From: an uncultured Fibrobacterota bacterium
GTDB lineage: Bacteria; Fibrobacterota; Chitinivibrionia; Chitinivibrionales; FEN-1185
NCBI GenBank assembly: GCA_963729895.1
Contig: CAVSQB010000010.1
Coordinates: 40,599 to 104,598 of the forward strand
DNA length: 64,000 bases
Direction: 5' to 3'
The notes below the pieces were generated by a model. That model searched no databases and was not told where the DNA came from. It saw only the letters and a program-made list of their open reading frames with translations. This document shows, piece by piece, positions 1 through 10,538 of this stretch. How positions within the stretch are numbered: position 1 is the stretch's first letter; each line of letters opens with the position of its first letter. The position numbers and the translations under genes were made by a program.

Positions 1-108
1 ACCCGAGAGAATGGGAGCGCCCGCCATGGCGGCGGCCGGCGAAAGCAGAAGAACCGCCGCCAGCGCAATGCCGGCGGAGACAATCGCACAACGCTTCACT
101 TTTTCCAT
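1..108 (-). CDS. 5' end of a secreted protein (runs off the window)
   Basis: Minus-strand ATG at 108 reads MEKVKRCAIVSAGIALAAVLLLSPAAAMAGAPILSG, a signal-peptide pattern, with AAGGA upstream; not in the ORF track. Confidence 0.7.
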   Translation of the reverse strand, partial: MEKVKRCAIVSAGIALAAVLLLSPAAAMAGAPILSG

Positions 109-492
109 GAAATATTCCTTGTGTGGAGTGAATACCCGATACGCATCCCCTGCCCTTTGCCCTCATATTCAAGTATGTTGTAAATATCAATTAACAAACG
201 AGAGCGTCTGCGCCCTTAAACGAATAAACGCCCCTGCAATCCATCACCGTCCAAATATAATAGTCGTTCTCCGGTATTCGCAGGTTCGCAGAAAATAACA
301 AGAATTCGCGCGCCAAGAAAGGTAATCGCCAATGCACGCTATTGGGAAGACCAGCCCATTTCTTGCGCAACCCGAGTAAATCCAACGGCATACCCGAGAA
401 CGCCTCAAACGCCCATCATGTTAGCCGATCATCATTATTATAAATATAAACATAAAAAAATACAATATTTATCATAAAAGTCAAAGAGAGCG

Positions 493-1797
493 CGCATTGC
501 CTCAAATTAAATGTAACCGAAGGCTTAATCGAAACACGCACCAATTGATTCGTTGCCTCATAATTAAGGTAACCCAAGAAAAAAGGGGGTTACCACTATG
601 GGGCACAAAGAAAAAGAAGCATATCGGGAAGCGATACGACAACGATATGCCCATTCCAACAGAGCCGGCAAAAAGCAGATTCTCGATGAGTTTTGTGCGA
701 TTTGCCGATACAATCGCAAGTACGCTATCCGGCTACTTGGAAAACGCAAACAGAAACAAAAAGCCAAGCGTGGAAGAAGACCCTTATATGCTGAACCGCT
801 TTTTATTAAGGCGTTACAGTACATCTGGAAAGCCTCTGATTTCATGTGCTCTCGCCGCCTTAAGGTTGTCATTCCAGTATGGCTGCCATTCTACGAACAA
901 TCCTTTGAACTGCTTTCCGAGGAAGTCCGTGCGCGGCTCCTCTCTGTCAGCCGCTCCACGCTTGACCGCGTCCTATGCCCTTTACGTACGCGTATGGGCA
1001 AGGGATTGTGCGGCACCAAGCCCGGCTCCATGCTGCGCAATCAAATCCCCATCCGTACCGACAACTGGGATATTACCCAGCCTGGATTCATGGAGGCGGA
1101 TACGGTTGCCCATTGCGGCACCAGCCTTGCCGGAGAATTTGTGTGGAGCCTTATCATGACTGACATCCATACTGCTTGGACCGAAGGCCGTGCTGTGTGG
1201 AATAAGGGCTCCCAGGGTGTCATTGAGCAGGTTAAAGACATCGAACGACGAATACCTTTTGCCCTGCGTGGCTTTGACTGTGATAACGGGTCCGAGTTCC
1301 TCAACTATCATCTCGAACGCTACTTCGCCGTGCGACAAGACCCTGTAAAGTTCACCCGGTCACGTCCCTACAAGAAAAACGACAACGCCCATGTCGAACA
1401 GAAAAACTGGGCGCAGGCCAAGCACATGCTTGGTTATGATCGGATCGAAAACCCCGACACGCTTCCCCTCATTAACGACCTCTATGCCAACGAGTGGTCT
1501 CTCTATCAAAACCACTTCTGTCCATCGCTGAAACTCAAATCTAAAATCCGGATAGGATCTCGATACCGCAAGACCTATGAAGAACCGAAAACTCCCTATC
1601 AAAGAATCGTTGAATCACCTTACATAGCTTCAGAAGTCAAGCAAAGCCTTGAACTGACCCACCGTGCTCTCAATCCATTCCAATTAAAAAAGACTATCGA
1701 AAGAAAACTCAAAACCATTTTCAACCTTGTTACGGTTACCTCATTTGTGAGGCATCGAATCTGACCCTTCGGTTACCTTTTATTATGAGGCAACACG
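493..1797 (+). mobile_element. Insertion sequence, 1305 bp, rve/DDE transposase (IS481/ISNCY-like), copy 1
   Basis: Boundaries set by identity with copy 2. Imperfect terminal IRs CGCATTGCCTCA.../CGTGTTGCCTCA...; 5-bp direct repeat GAGCG at 488-492 and 1798-1802. Confidence 0.93.
598..1764 (+). CDS. DDE integrase-core transposase, 388 aa
   Basis: Motifs EADTVAHCG, FDCDNGSEF and NDNAHVEQKN form the D-D-E triad; N-terminal HTH-like region. Confidence 0.92.
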   Translation: MGHKEKEAYREAIRQRYAHSNRAGKKQILDEFCAICRYNRKYAIRLLGKRKQKQKAKRGRRPLYAEPLFIKALQYIWKASDFMCSRRLKVVIPVWLPFYEQSFELLSEEVRARLLSVSRSTLDRVLCPLRTRMGKGLCGTKPGSMLRNQIPIRTDNWDITQPGFMEADTVAHCGTSLAGEFVWSLIMTDIHTAWTEGRAVWNKGSQGVIEQVKDIERRIPFALRGFDCDNGSEFLNYHLERYFAVRQDPVKFTRSRPYKKNDNAHVEQKNWAQAKHMLGYDRIENPDTLPLINDLYANEWSLYQNHFCPSLKLKSKIRIGSRYRKTYEEPKTPYQRIVESPYIASEVKQSLELTHRALNPFQLKKTIERKLKTIFNLVTVTSFVRHRI

Positions 1798-1855
1798 GAG
1801 CGGCAGAAAAAACAAAGGTCCCAGGGAAGACGTTGACGAAAACCTTGAATCCGGG

Positions 1856-2509
1856 CTACGAAAACAGCTCCGCCTCCACCATTGCGCACCAACAATGATA
1901 TACCGGCTGGTGAAGCTGCTGAATTTTGTAGGTGACTTCTTCCGGAACGCACACAAGGGCATCGCAACCGAGGTCTTTCGCCCTGCCCCCGTTTTTTCCC
2001 GTCAGGCAGATGACTTTTAGCCCGAAAAGTTTTGCCACCGTAACCGCCCGAACAACGTTTTTCGAATTGCCTGAAGTGGAGAGCGCAATCAACACATCCC
2101 CCGGCAAGCCATACCCGAACACCTGTTGCGCAAAGATCATTTCCGCGTCTTCATCGTTTGCAATGGCGGTAACGAGCGGCGAATGGGCCGAAAGGGATAT
2201 GGCGGGGAGCTGGCGCTGAAGGTGGCTGAGGAGAAACTGCTTGTCGTTCAACGGAATGGCGCTCTTCTTGATCTTTTCGGAATCTTCCTGCGTAAGCGAG
2301 CGCTTGAGGGCGAACTTGTTCATCATTTCGCCGACGATATGGTCCGCATCGGCAGCGCTGCCGCCGTTGCCGCAGGCAAGCGCCTTTCCGCCGCCTGTAA
2401 AGCATGCGACGAGAATCTCGAAGGCTCGGACGATGTCGTTCTGGCACGGTTCCAGCGCGGGATACGAGGTGAGGCACTCGTCAAGGTATTGTTTGGCGGA
2501 TGGGTTCAT
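1856..2509 (-). CDS. gmhA: SIS-domain phosphoheptose isomerase
   Basis: [23 protein letters not shown] and [10 protein letters not shown] motifs. Confidence 0.82.
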   Translation of the reverse strand: MNPSAKQYLDECLTSYPALEPCQNDIVRAFEILVACFTGGGKALACGNGGSAADADHIVGEMMNKFALKRSLTQEDSEKIKKSAIPLNDKQFLLSHLQRQLPAISLSAHSPLVTAIANDEDAEMIFAQQVFGYGLPGDVLIALSTSGNSKNVVRAVTVAKLFGLKVICLTGKNGGRAKDLGCDALVCVPEEVTYKIQQLHQPVYHCWCAMVEAELFS

Positions 2510-4341
2510 GGTTCCGGCACCACCCGCACCGCTCCCCTGTCGGCCGACGTGGTAAACAGCGCATACGCTTTGAGCGCTTCCGAAATCACGCGCCTGCGCT
2601 TCGGTTTGAAGGCATTCTTCCCTTTTTTCAATTCGGCCTTCATGCGTTTTGCAAGCTCCTCCGCGGAAAGCTTTACACGTAGTTTCCGGTTTGGTATGTC
2701 GATTTCGATGATGTCCCCGCTCTTGAGCAGCCCGATTTCACCGCCCGCTGCAGCCTCGGGCGAGACGTGGCCAATTGACAAACCTGATGTTCCGCCCGAA
2801 AACCTTCCATCGGTGATGAGCGCGCATTTCGCGCCAAGATGCATGGACTTGATGTAAGACGTCGGGTACAGCATCTCCTGCATTCCCGGCCCGCCCTTTG
2901 GCCCTTCGTAGATAATAACCACCACGTCGCCGGCCTTGATCTTTCCCGCCAGGATGCCGTCTGCAGCCTGTTCCTGCGAATGAAATATCTTTGCCGCGCC
3001 GCTGAACGTAAGAATCGATTCGTCGACGCCGGCGGTCTTCACCACGCAGCCTTTCCTGGCGATGTTGCCGAAAAGCACGACAAGACCGCCGTCCTTGCTG
3101 TAGGGTGTTTTTGCGGAGCGGATGCAGCCGTTTTGCCTGTCTTTGTCGAGTTCCGGAGCCATGGTTTCCTGGGAGCCGAGCACGAGGTTGCGCTTTGCGC
3201 CGCCGGGCGCGCTTGAATAGTTTTCCAGCGCCTCGCTTGTCACCTGCGCGCCCATGATGTCGTTCCTCCGGATGACCTCGGAAAGGTCGCCGCCCGCCAC
3301 ATGGCTCACGCTCCCGTCAATGAGTCCCGCCCTGTCAAGTTCCGCCAGGATGCCCATGATGCCGCCCGCACGGTTGACATCCTCAACATGAAACTGCGAA
3401 CTCGGAGCAACTTTGCACAGCACCGGCACCTTCTTCGACAGCGCGTCGATGTCCTTCATGGTGAATTTGACGTGAGCGGCATTCGCGATCGCAAGGAGGT
3501 GGAGCACGGTGTTGGTGGAACCGCCCATGGCGATGTCGAGGCTCATGGCATTGACAAACGCTTTCCTGCTGGCGATTGAAAGCGGCACAACCGATTCGTC
3601 CCCTTTTTCGTAGTACGACGTCGCCATTTCCACAATGCGCTTCGCCGCGTTTTCAAACAGGCGGACCCTGTTCTTATGCGTGGCCACGATGGTGCCGTTG
3701 CCCGGCAAGGCGAGCCCGAGCGCCTCGGTAAGGCAGTTCATGGAATTGGCGGTAAAAAGACCCGAGCACGACCCGCACGACGGGCAGGCCGCGAGTTCGA
3801 TGTCGCGAAGGTCGGCATCCGGCACCTCCGGGTCGGCCCCCATCACCATGGCATCGATCAGGTCGTATTTTCTTCCATTCAACACGCCCGCCTCCATGGG
3901 ACCGCCGGACACAAAGATCGCGGGCACGTTGAGACGCATCGCCGCCATCAGCATGCCGGGCGTTATTTTGTCGCAGTTGGTAATGCAGAGCATTGCGTCG
4001 GCCCTGTGCGCATTCATCATGTATTCCACGCTGTCGGCGATGAGCTCGCGCGACGGAAGGGAATACAGCATGCCTTCGTGTCCCATGGCAATACCGTCGT
4101 CTATGGCAATGGTGTCGAATTCGGCCGCAAAACATCCCTGCGCCTCGATTATCGATTTGGCCCGCTGTCCAATCTCGTGCAAATGCACGTGTCCGGGCAC
4201 AAACTGGGTGAATGAATTGACGATAGCGATTATCGGCCTTCCGAATTGCTCCTCTTTCATGCCATTGGCGCGCCACAGGCTCCTTGCGCCCGCCATGCGC
4301 CTTCCCTCGGTTGAGGTTGCGCTGCGCAACTTGTGCATCAT
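2506..4341 (-). CDS. ilvD: Dihydroxy-acid dehydratase
   Basis: [35 protein letters not shown] and TDGRFSGG motifs; start moved to MMHKLR at 4341 behind GAAAGGA. Confidence 0.97.
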   Translation of the reverse strand: MMHKLRSATSTEGRRMAGARSLWRANGMKEEQFGRPIIAIVNSFTQFVPGHVHLHEIGQRAKSIIEAQGCFAAEFDTIAIDDGIAMGHEGMLYSLPSRELIADSVEYMMNAHRADAMLCITNCDKITPGMLMAAMRLNVPAIFVSGGPMEAGVLNGRKYDLIDAMVMGADPEVPDADLRDIELAACPSCGSCSGLFTANSMNCLTEALGLALPGNGTIVATHKNRVRLFENAAKRIVEMATSYYEKGDESVVPLSIASRKAFVNAMSLDIAMGGSTNTVLHLLAIANAAHVKFTMKDIDALSKKVPVLCKVAPSSQFHVEDVNRAGGIMGILAELDRAGLIDGSVSHVAGGDLSEVIRRNDIMGAQVTSEALENYSSAPGGAKRNLVLGSQETMAPELDKDRQNGCIRSAKTPYSKDGGLVVLFGNIARKGCVVKTAGVDESILTFSGAAKIFHSQEQAADGILAGKIKAGDVVVIIYEGPKGGPGMQEMLYPTSYIKSMHLGAKCALITDGRFSGGTSGLSIGHVSPEAAAGGEIGLLKSGDIIEIDIPNRKLRVKLSAEELAKRMKAELKKGKNAFKPKRRRVISEALKAYALFTTSADRGAVRVVPEP

Positions 4342-4445
4342 TGCCCGTCCTTTCTTTCCGGAAGAAGGCGCCGGGCAATTGCCCGTGCGGTTCCACCGTA
4401 TCAATACCATAAAATCGTTGAAAATGTGGCGCTGTTCAAGAGAAT

Positions 4446-5378
4446 TCACTCTTTTTCGAGACTGTCGAGCAGTTGCTGGTACGCCCGCGCCTTGGGTGTT
4501 TCCGTGAAGGCGATCTGGTCCGGGGTGAATATCTTCTCCACCCGGTAGAATGCCGTGGAAATTGCCCCAGGCCGCGCCGTGGGTTCCCCGCAGGAGTCTG
4601 CAAAGCAGAAATCGCGCGGTATGAGAACCGGCGAACTGTTGGGCACGTACTGGTCGGCCGTGAAATCGAGGATGTATTCCACGCTGTCGACAACCACCAG
4701 GTCAAAACTGTGGAACGCGCCGATGAACTGTCCCTGCACGCGGTAACAGGCGATGCCCCTTTTCGTGAAGTACTTGGCCACCATTGTCGAAAAGGGAACG
4801 CATGCGCCCTCATCTTTCGGGTCTATCATCGATTTGTAAATGGCGTATATATCCCGCGCAGGACGGACGTAGTGCGAGCAGAACGTTGCTCGGTCAACCG
4901 AGACCGCGGAGGGAAAGATCTTTTTGACGCGCTGTCTCGTTTCCAGCACCCTGGAGCATGCCGTGTCGGAAAGCATGCCCGCAAATCCCCTGAAGTAGTC
5001 GTTACGCACGCTGCAACTGGCCGGGCCCTCCACAAACACCGTGTCTCTTTTGGAAATCCTTTCAAAAAGAGGCGTCACGCGGCATGCGACCCTGTTTCCT
5101 TTCACCACGCGCGTCCTCACGCCCCGCGATTCCATCCACAAAAGGCTGAACCGGCGGCGCGAAGCGATGGGCGCAAAATTCGCCTTTGAAAAGCCGGTGC
5201 CGCAATCGGCATACACATTGTAAGCCGCGGCGCCGGGAACATCTCCCCAGGAGAGCGTTATCATGTCCTCGGTGAATTGGGCGGCAACGGAGAACCGGCA
5301 CAGCGCCGTGTCGCCGGCGCGGCATGCAAGAACAACAAGGAGGATGATTAGCGTTGATCGCGCCGGTGCCTTATGCAT
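4446..5378 (-). CDS. Secreted hypothetical protein: FN3-like N-terminus, putative transglutaminase/papain-like C-terminus
   Basis: Signal peptide; [24 protein letters not shown]...HSFDLV...[10 protein letters not shown]. Confidence 0.6.
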   Translation of the reverse strand: MHKAPARSTLIILLVVLACRAGDTALCRFSVAAQFTEDMITLSWGDVPGAAAYNVYADCGTGFSKANFAPIASRRRFSLLWMESRGVRTRVVKGNRVACRVTPLFERISKRDTVFVEGPASCSVRNDYFRGFAGMLSDTACSRVLETRQRVKKIFPSAVSVDRATFCSHYVRPARDIYAIYKSMIDPKDEGACVPFSTMVAKYFTKRGIACYRVQGQFIGAFHSFDLVVVDSVEYILDFTADQYVPNSSPVLIPRDFCFADSCGEPTARPGAISTAFYRVEKIFTPDQIAFTETPKARAYQQLLDSLEKE

Positions 5379-5462
5379 CAAAAGAAAATAATAGAAAGCT
5401 GCCGTTACGAAAAGGTGCCGCTGTGGCGCCCGGGGAAATTGGAAGGGGGACTTGCCCGGACA

Positions 5463-5867
5463 TTATTGAACGGTTTCCGGCTCCGAAGCAATGCCGTTCT
5501 GGCCGGCATCGTCGGCCCCGGAGTCGTCTGAATCAAGGTCCGCATCGAGGGTTTCCGGGGCCTCCGGGGGTTTCTGGTCTGATCCGGGCGGCAAAGGAAG
5601 CCTGTCGCGGATTTCCTTGAGCACGTGAATAATGATATCGTTCTGTTTTACAAGCCGGTCGGTAAGGTTAGGTGATTCTCTTTTGAACCGGTCGTTTCGC
5701 CGCCGCGGGTGCTGCTGGCCGCCGTTGTACCCGGCGGCAGGACTGTAGTTGAAAGCCGTGCTTGGGCTGTAGTTCGGCATCTTTTCGGGATACTTGGGCT
5801 GTCCCATTTTCCTGTTGCCGAGATTTACCATGCCCGCTCTCTGGGAATCATCGTTCATCATCGGCAC
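5463..5867 (-). CDS. Hypothetical protein, low complexity
   Basis: 134-aa ORF preceded by GAAAGGAG; co-oriented with its neighbours. Confidence 0.65.
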   Translation of the reverse strand: MPMMNDDSQRAGMVNLGNRKMGQPKYPEKMPNYSPSTAFNYSPAAGYNGGQQHPRRRNDRFKRESPNLTDRLVKQNDIIIHVLKEIRDRLPLPPGSDQKPPEAPETLDADLDSDDSGADDAGQNGIASEPETVQ

Positions 5868-6108
5868 ATACTCCTTTCGTCAAGGAACAAGCCCGGCACA
5901 ACGAGGCGTTCGCGCGACGCCGTTGCCGTGTCCGGCGTATCTGCCAGGCCTGCGGACGGCATGGTCTTCCTCACGTGATTATACTACTGTTGGGAACCTG
6001 TTGCCAGATAAAAATGCCGGAGAACACTTTGAGGCGGCACGGTCTGTCTCAAAAGTAAAAAGAGGAACGTCCCGCGAAAGGCCCGGCAGCCGAAGCCGGA
6101 CGGGCGGA

Positions 6109-7041
6109 TCAGAGGCCGCAGAATTCCTTCACCCGCGCCGATACGGTTTCGCACGTCCGGGCGTTGCAGACCGCTTCCATGCCTTTCACCTGATGCCGGA
6201 ACCACGTGATCTGCCGTTTGGCATAGTTCCTCGTGTCCTGTTTTATTGCGTCAACCGCGTTCTGCAGGCTCGCGTCGTTCCTCTCAAATGCAAAGAACTC
6301 CCTGTAGCCTACGCACAGCAGCCCCGGCGAATGCTCGCCGTATCCCCGCCTCCTGAGCGATTGGAATTCCTCCAACAGCCCGCTCTTCATCATTTTGTCA
6401 ACGCGAACGTTGATCCGCTCGTACAGCGCCTCCCTGTCGAGGGAAAGAACAATGGGGTCAAAGCTGATACCGGCCGGAGGGACCGCGAATTTCTTGAGCT
6501 GGGACATCGGCCTGCCCGTTGCGTGATATACTTCGAGGGCGCGGACATTTCTCTGGAGATTTGAGGCGTGGCTCGCGGAGGCGGTAACGGGATCGACCCG
6601 CGCGAGTTCGTCGAATACTTTTTGCCGTCCGTGGACCCGCGCCATGGCCGCATAGGTTTCGCGAAGCGCCTTGTCTTGCGCGACCTGAGGGCCGACGCCG
6701 CGGCTGAGGGCCTGAAAATACAACCCCGTGCCGCCGCAGAGCAAAACGCGTTTGCCGAGCGCGGCCCTTTCGCGAATAAGAGCGAGGGCCGCCCGGGCAT
6801 AGGCGAATGCCGAAAACCGGGCGCCTGGGTCAACGACATCGATCATCCAGTGTTTCACGCGCGCCCTGTCGTGCGGCGAGGGTTTTGCCGTGCCGATGTC
6901 CATCCCCCGGTACACCTGCCGGGAATCGCACGACAGTAGCTCGAACCCGAGCTGTTCGCAAACAGTCAACGCAAGCGCCGACTTGCCGACCGCCGTCGGG
7001 CCGAGCAGCGCGGGAACCCTTCTGTTCTTGTCCGGATCCAA
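6109..7041 (-). CDS. miaA: tRNA dimethylallyltransferase
   Basis: GPTAVGKS P-loop, DSRQVYRGMDIGTAKP, GGTGLY and TRNYAKRQITWF motifs. Confidence 0.97.
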   Translation of the reverse strand: MDPDKNRRVPALLGPTAVGKSALALTVCEQLGFELLSCDSRQVYRGMDIGTAKPSPHDRARVKHWMIDVVDPGARFSAFAYARAALALIRERAALGKRVLLCGGTGLYFQALSRGVGPQVAQDKALRETYAAMARVHGRQKVFDELARVDPVTASASHASNLQRNVRALEVYHATGRPMSQLKKFAVPPAGISFDPIVLSLDREALYERINVRVDKMMKSGLLEEFQSLRRRGYGEHSPGLLCVGYREFFAFERNDASLQNAVDAIKQDTRNYAKRQITWFRHQVKGMEAVCNARTCETVSARVKEFCGL

Positions 7042-7042
7042 A

Positions 7043-7071
7043 TTGACACACCCCGGAACAATGGGTATTTT
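7043..7071 (+). promoter_or_regulatory. Sigma70-like promoter
   Basis: TTGACA-17 bp-TATTTT upstream of the deacetylase-family gene. Confidence 0.5.
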
Positions 7072-7104
7072 TACAGGCTGATGTAATCCACCCGGGAGAC
7101 GCGT

Positions 7105-8265
7105 ATCACCAAAAAAGCCTCGCCAGTACGCTTTCGGCCGTTTGCGGCCGCAGCCGCTATCGTCGCCGTTCTTGTTGTCTGCCTTGTCTGGTTTGTCGCA
7201 AAGAAACCCGATTCCTGCAGCGCCCTTTTTTCCCTAGTGACGGGCGGGCGGGCGCCCGCCGACCCCGTCACCGCAAAAAATACAACAGCGTCGGGCCGGT
7301 CGCCCCTAGAATCGGCGCTGGGCAAGAAACTTGCGGAACTGGAAGTCCGACCGGCGGACATAACCTCGCGATATTCCCCGCAGGATCACGCGATTCTCAT
7401 GCAGGCTGCCATCCCAAAAGGAAAACCGCTCGAATGGATCGTGTGGCAGCTATCCACCGCGGTCGAGGGTACCGCGTATCGCGTTTCCGACTGCACGGCG
7501 GACGAAAGAAAACCGGCGTGTACCATGGTGTTCTCTTCGGCCTCAAAACGCGATCCGCAAATCACGCTTGCCCTGGCCGCGTCCGATAGGTTCTTTTCCG
7601 GCACGGCGCGCATGGGTTTTGTCGTTGAAAATCTGGAAGACACGGCCTACCAGGTCGCGGTCGCGATGCTTTCTTTTCCGGAACCAATCACCGTTTCCCT
7701 GGCGCCGGCGGGAAAGAAAGCGTTTCTCATCGCCCAGCTTGCCGAACAGTATAAGAAGGAAGTAATTATCCGCCTTCCGCTTGAACCCGTGGGCAAAGTT
7801 CCCAAGGAATTTGAGCAGTTGACCATTATGGTGCACTACTCCCCGGAGGCGATCCGCCGGATAATTTCCGATGCTGTAAAACATGTCCCGAATGTAAAAG
7901 GATTCTCCAACCTGTGGGGTTCCCGCGCCTTGGAAGACTCCCGGGTGATGACCATCGTCCTCGATGAGGCGAAGAAACTGCACGGATACTTTGTGGCAAC
8001 GAAATCCGCCAAGAACCCGGTGGCCGGCCCCATCGCGGCGCGCATCGGCCTGCCGTACGAAGAAATCGGCGTCCGGCTGGAAAAGACCGCCGCAACGGAC
8101 CTGCTCGCCGAAATCAAGCATTACGCAGCTGTCGCGCAGGCAAAGGGTTCCCTTCTGGTACGGTGCTCGGGAACGCGCCAAACCGGTGAAGCGCTCAGGG
8201 CCGCGCTCCCGTTTCTGAAGCAGAACGGGATACAACTGGCGTTTGTTTCGGAAATCCTGAAGTAG
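7105..8265 (+). CDS. Divergent polysaccharide deacetylase family (DUF610-like) membrane-anchored protein
   Basis: C-terminal EVIIRLPLEP...GFSNLWGS pattern; the open frame extends upstream of 7237 through a TM helix to ATC at 7105; start uncertain. Confidence 0.72.
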   Translation: MTKKASPVRFRPFAAAAAIVAVLVVCLVWFVAKKPDSCSALFSLVTGGRAPADPVTAKNTTASGRSPLESALGKKLAELEVRPADITSRYSPQDHAILMQAAIPKGKPLEWIVWQLSTAVEGTAYRVSDCTADERKPACTMVFSSASKRDPQITLALAASDRFFSGTARMGFVVENLEDTAYQVAVAMLSFPEPITVSLAPAGKKAFLIAQLAEQYKKEVIIRLPLEPVGKVPKEFEQLTIMVHYSPEAIRRIISDAVKHVPNVKGFSNLWGSRALEDSRVMTIVLDEAKKLHGYFVATKSAKNPVAGPIAARIGLPYEEIGVRLEKTAATDLLAEIKHYAAVAQAKGSLLVRCSGTRQTGEALRAALPFLKQNGIQLAFVSEILK

Positions 8266-8417
8266 ATGCCGCCGCTTGCAGCACGTCCAACCGCCCCGTT
8301 ACTGAGCCGTTCATAGCTAAGGCCGCCTGAGGCATTCGCTCTACGATGAACTGCTTAGTAACCTCCTAAAACCACATCACAAAAATGTATATTGAAGCAT
8401 CGAAAGGAGAACAACAC

Positions 8418-9128
8418 ATGGCCACCCTTGGCGTCAATATCGACCATATCGCCACCATCCGCCAGGCTCGCGGAGGAAAAGATCCCGATCCTGTCCAGGC
8501 CGCGGTGGTCGCCGAGCTCGCCGGAGCGCACGGCATTACCGCCCATCTCCGCGAAGACCGGCGCCATATCCAGGACCGCGACGTGTACCTGCTCAAACAG
8601 ACCGTCTCCACGCGGCTCAATCTCGAAATGGCGGCAACGCCCGACATCGTGAAGATCGCGGTTGACGTCCTTCCGTTCATGGTGACACTCGTGCCGGAAA
8701 AACGCGAAGAGCGCACCACTGAAGGCGGACTTCCCGTGAGCGACAAGGAACGAGACCTCGAAAAGACCATCGAGTCTTTCCGCAACAACAACATTATCGT
8801 CAGCCTTTTTATCGACCCCGATATCCGGCAGATCAAGGCGGCAAGGCATACGGGCGCTTCGCACATCGAACTGCACACCGGGTATTACGCAAACGCCAAG
8901 GGTCAGGCGCGGTTCGATGAACTGGAGCGATTGCGCGATGCGACCATGGTGGCCAGGAAACTCGGGCTGCGCGTGAACGCGGGCCACGGACTCGATTACC
9001 ACAACGTGACGGCCGTGGCGGGAATCGAGGGAATGGAAGAGCTTAACATCGGACACAGCATCGTGGCGCGGGCCGCGCTGGCGGGACTTGACAGCGCCGT
9101 GCGCGACATGCTGGCGCTTGTCGGTTGA
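8418..9128 (+). CDS. pdxJ: Pyridoxine 5'-phosphate synthase
   Basis: [37 protein letters not shown] and ELNIGH motifs; RBS AAAGGAG. Confidence 0.97.
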   Translation: MATLGVNIDHIATIRQARGGKDPDPVQAAVVAELAGAHGITAHLREDRRHIQDRDVYLLKQTVSTRLNLEMAATPDIVKIAVDVLPFMVTLVPEKREERTTEGGLPVSDKERDLEKTIESFRNNNIIVSLFIDPDIRQIKAARHTGASHIELHTGYYANAKGQARFDELERLRDATMVARKLGLRVNAGHGLDYHNVTAVAGIEGMEELNIGHSIVARAALAGLDSAVRDMLALVG

Positions 9129-9167
9129 CAAGCCCCGGGATCTGCTCCTGTCAACCTTTGGTTGCGA

Positions 9168-9214
9168 CAAACAGGAAACGCGCCGGTACACAGCACCGGC
9201 GCGTTTCCTGTTTG
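9168..9214. terminator. Bidirectional hairpin between convergent genes
   Basis: Perfect 20-bp inverted repeat CAAACAGGAAACGCGCCGGT with a 7-nt loop. Confidence 0.75.
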
Positions 9215-9233
9215 CCTCATCACCAAGAATGTC

Positions 9234-10523
9234 TCAGCCGGCCCGGGCCTTCGTCTTCGTCCGTGCCACCGAAGGCTTCTTCTCTTTGGTCTGATCGGAT
9301 TTGGACGGCTTGACGAATTTTATTTCGGTGGGAAGCCCGTTCTTGTCCATGATCTCGATAAACGGGTCCGGGTCGAGTTCCTCGACGTTCACCATGGTCT
9401 TGGGGTTCCAGGTTCCGTTGGCAACGAGTAAGGCGGCTGCGGCGGCCGGAACGCCGGCAGTATAGCTGATTGCCTGCGACTCCACTTCTTCGTAGCATTT
9501 CTTGTGGTCGCAGATGTTGTAGATAAAAATCTCCTTTTCCTTGCCGTCCTTTTTTCCCCTGATGAGATTGCCGATGCACGTTTTCCCCGTATAGACCTGG
9601 GCCAGCGTGCTCGGATCGGGCAGGCATGCCTTGACAACCTTGAGCGGAACCACCACCAGGCCTTCGGCCGTGGTGACGGGCTGGTGCGACAGGAGCCCGA
9701 TGTTCTTGAGCACGGTGAATACGTTGACGTAGTGGTCGGAGAATCCCATCCAGAAGCGGATGCTGTTTGCGTCGATGTTTTTGGAAAGCGAATGCAGTTC
9801 GTCGTGGCCGTTGAGGTACACCGTCTGCTTGCCCACCACGGGAAACGTGTACACCATTTTCTCGTCGTGGATCGGCTTGCACACCCACTTGCGGTCGATC
9901 CAGGTCCATACCTTTATGAATTCCCTGAAGTTAATTTCGGGATCAAAATTGGTGGCAAAGTACTTGCCGTGGCTGCCGGCATTGACGTCCATGATATCGA
10001 CGGTGTCGATGATGTCGAAATGATGTTTTACCGCCAGCGCGCAATAGGCGTTCACCACGCCGGGGTCGAACCCAACGCCGAGGATGGCGTTGATGCCGCG
10101 CTGCGTGCAGCGGTCCTTGCGCTTCCACTCGTAGTTGGCGTACCATGGCGGGTCTTCGCACACGCGGTCGGGTTCCTCGTGGATGGCGGTGTCCATGTAA
10201 CTCACGCCCGCCTGGATGCACGCCTCGAGCACCGACATATTGACGAATGCTGCCCCCAGGTTGAGCACGATCTGCGAATTGGTCTCCTTGATGAGCTTCA
10301 CCGTTGCGGGAATGTCCATGGCGTTGATCTGGCGGGAGAACAGCTTGCCCGACCTGTTCTTGATGTTGTTCTTCCGCATGACGCTGTCGATGATGGCATC
10401 GCACTTGTACTGCGTGCGCGACGCGATGCAGATGTCTCCCAGGACGTCGTTGTGCTGCGCGCACTTGTGCGCGGCCACATGGGCCACGGCCCCGGCACCG
10501 ATGATCAACACGTTTCTTTTCAT
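9234..10523 (-). CDS. Carboxy(nor)spermidine dehydrogenase (saccharopine dehydrogenase family)
   Basis: IIGAGAVA, GVGFDPG, FATNFDPEINFRE and SQAISYTAGVP motifs; adjacent to nspC. Confidence 0.9.
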   Translation of the reverse strand: MKRNVLIIGAGAVAHVAAHKCAQHNDVLGDICIASRTQYKCDAIIDSVMRKNNIKNRSGKLFSRQINAMDIPATVKLIKETNSQIVLNLGAAFVNMSVLEACIQAGVSYMDTAIHEEPDRVCEDPPWYANYEWKRKDRCTQRGINAILGVGFDPGVVNAYCALAVKHHFDIIDTVDIMDVNAGSHGKYFATNFDPEINFREFIKVWTWIDRKWVCKPIHDEKMVYTFPVVGKQTVYLNGHDELHSLSKNIDANSIRFWMGFSDHYVNVFTVLKNIGLLSHQPVTTAEGLVVVPLKVVKACLPDPSTLAQVYTGKTCIGNLIRGKKDGKEKEIFIYNICDHKKCYEEVESQAISYTAGVPAAAAALLVANGTWNPKTMVNVEELDPDPFIEIMDKNGLPTEIKFVKPSKSDQTKEKKPSVARTKTKARAG

Positions 10524-10538
10524 ACTGCAACACCCTTC

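Noticed and set aside
4342..4449. N-terminal extensions in the ORF track (ilvD; also 21523, 24413, 28682, 39360)
   Set aside because: Better RBS-linked starts and family N-termini lie downstream.
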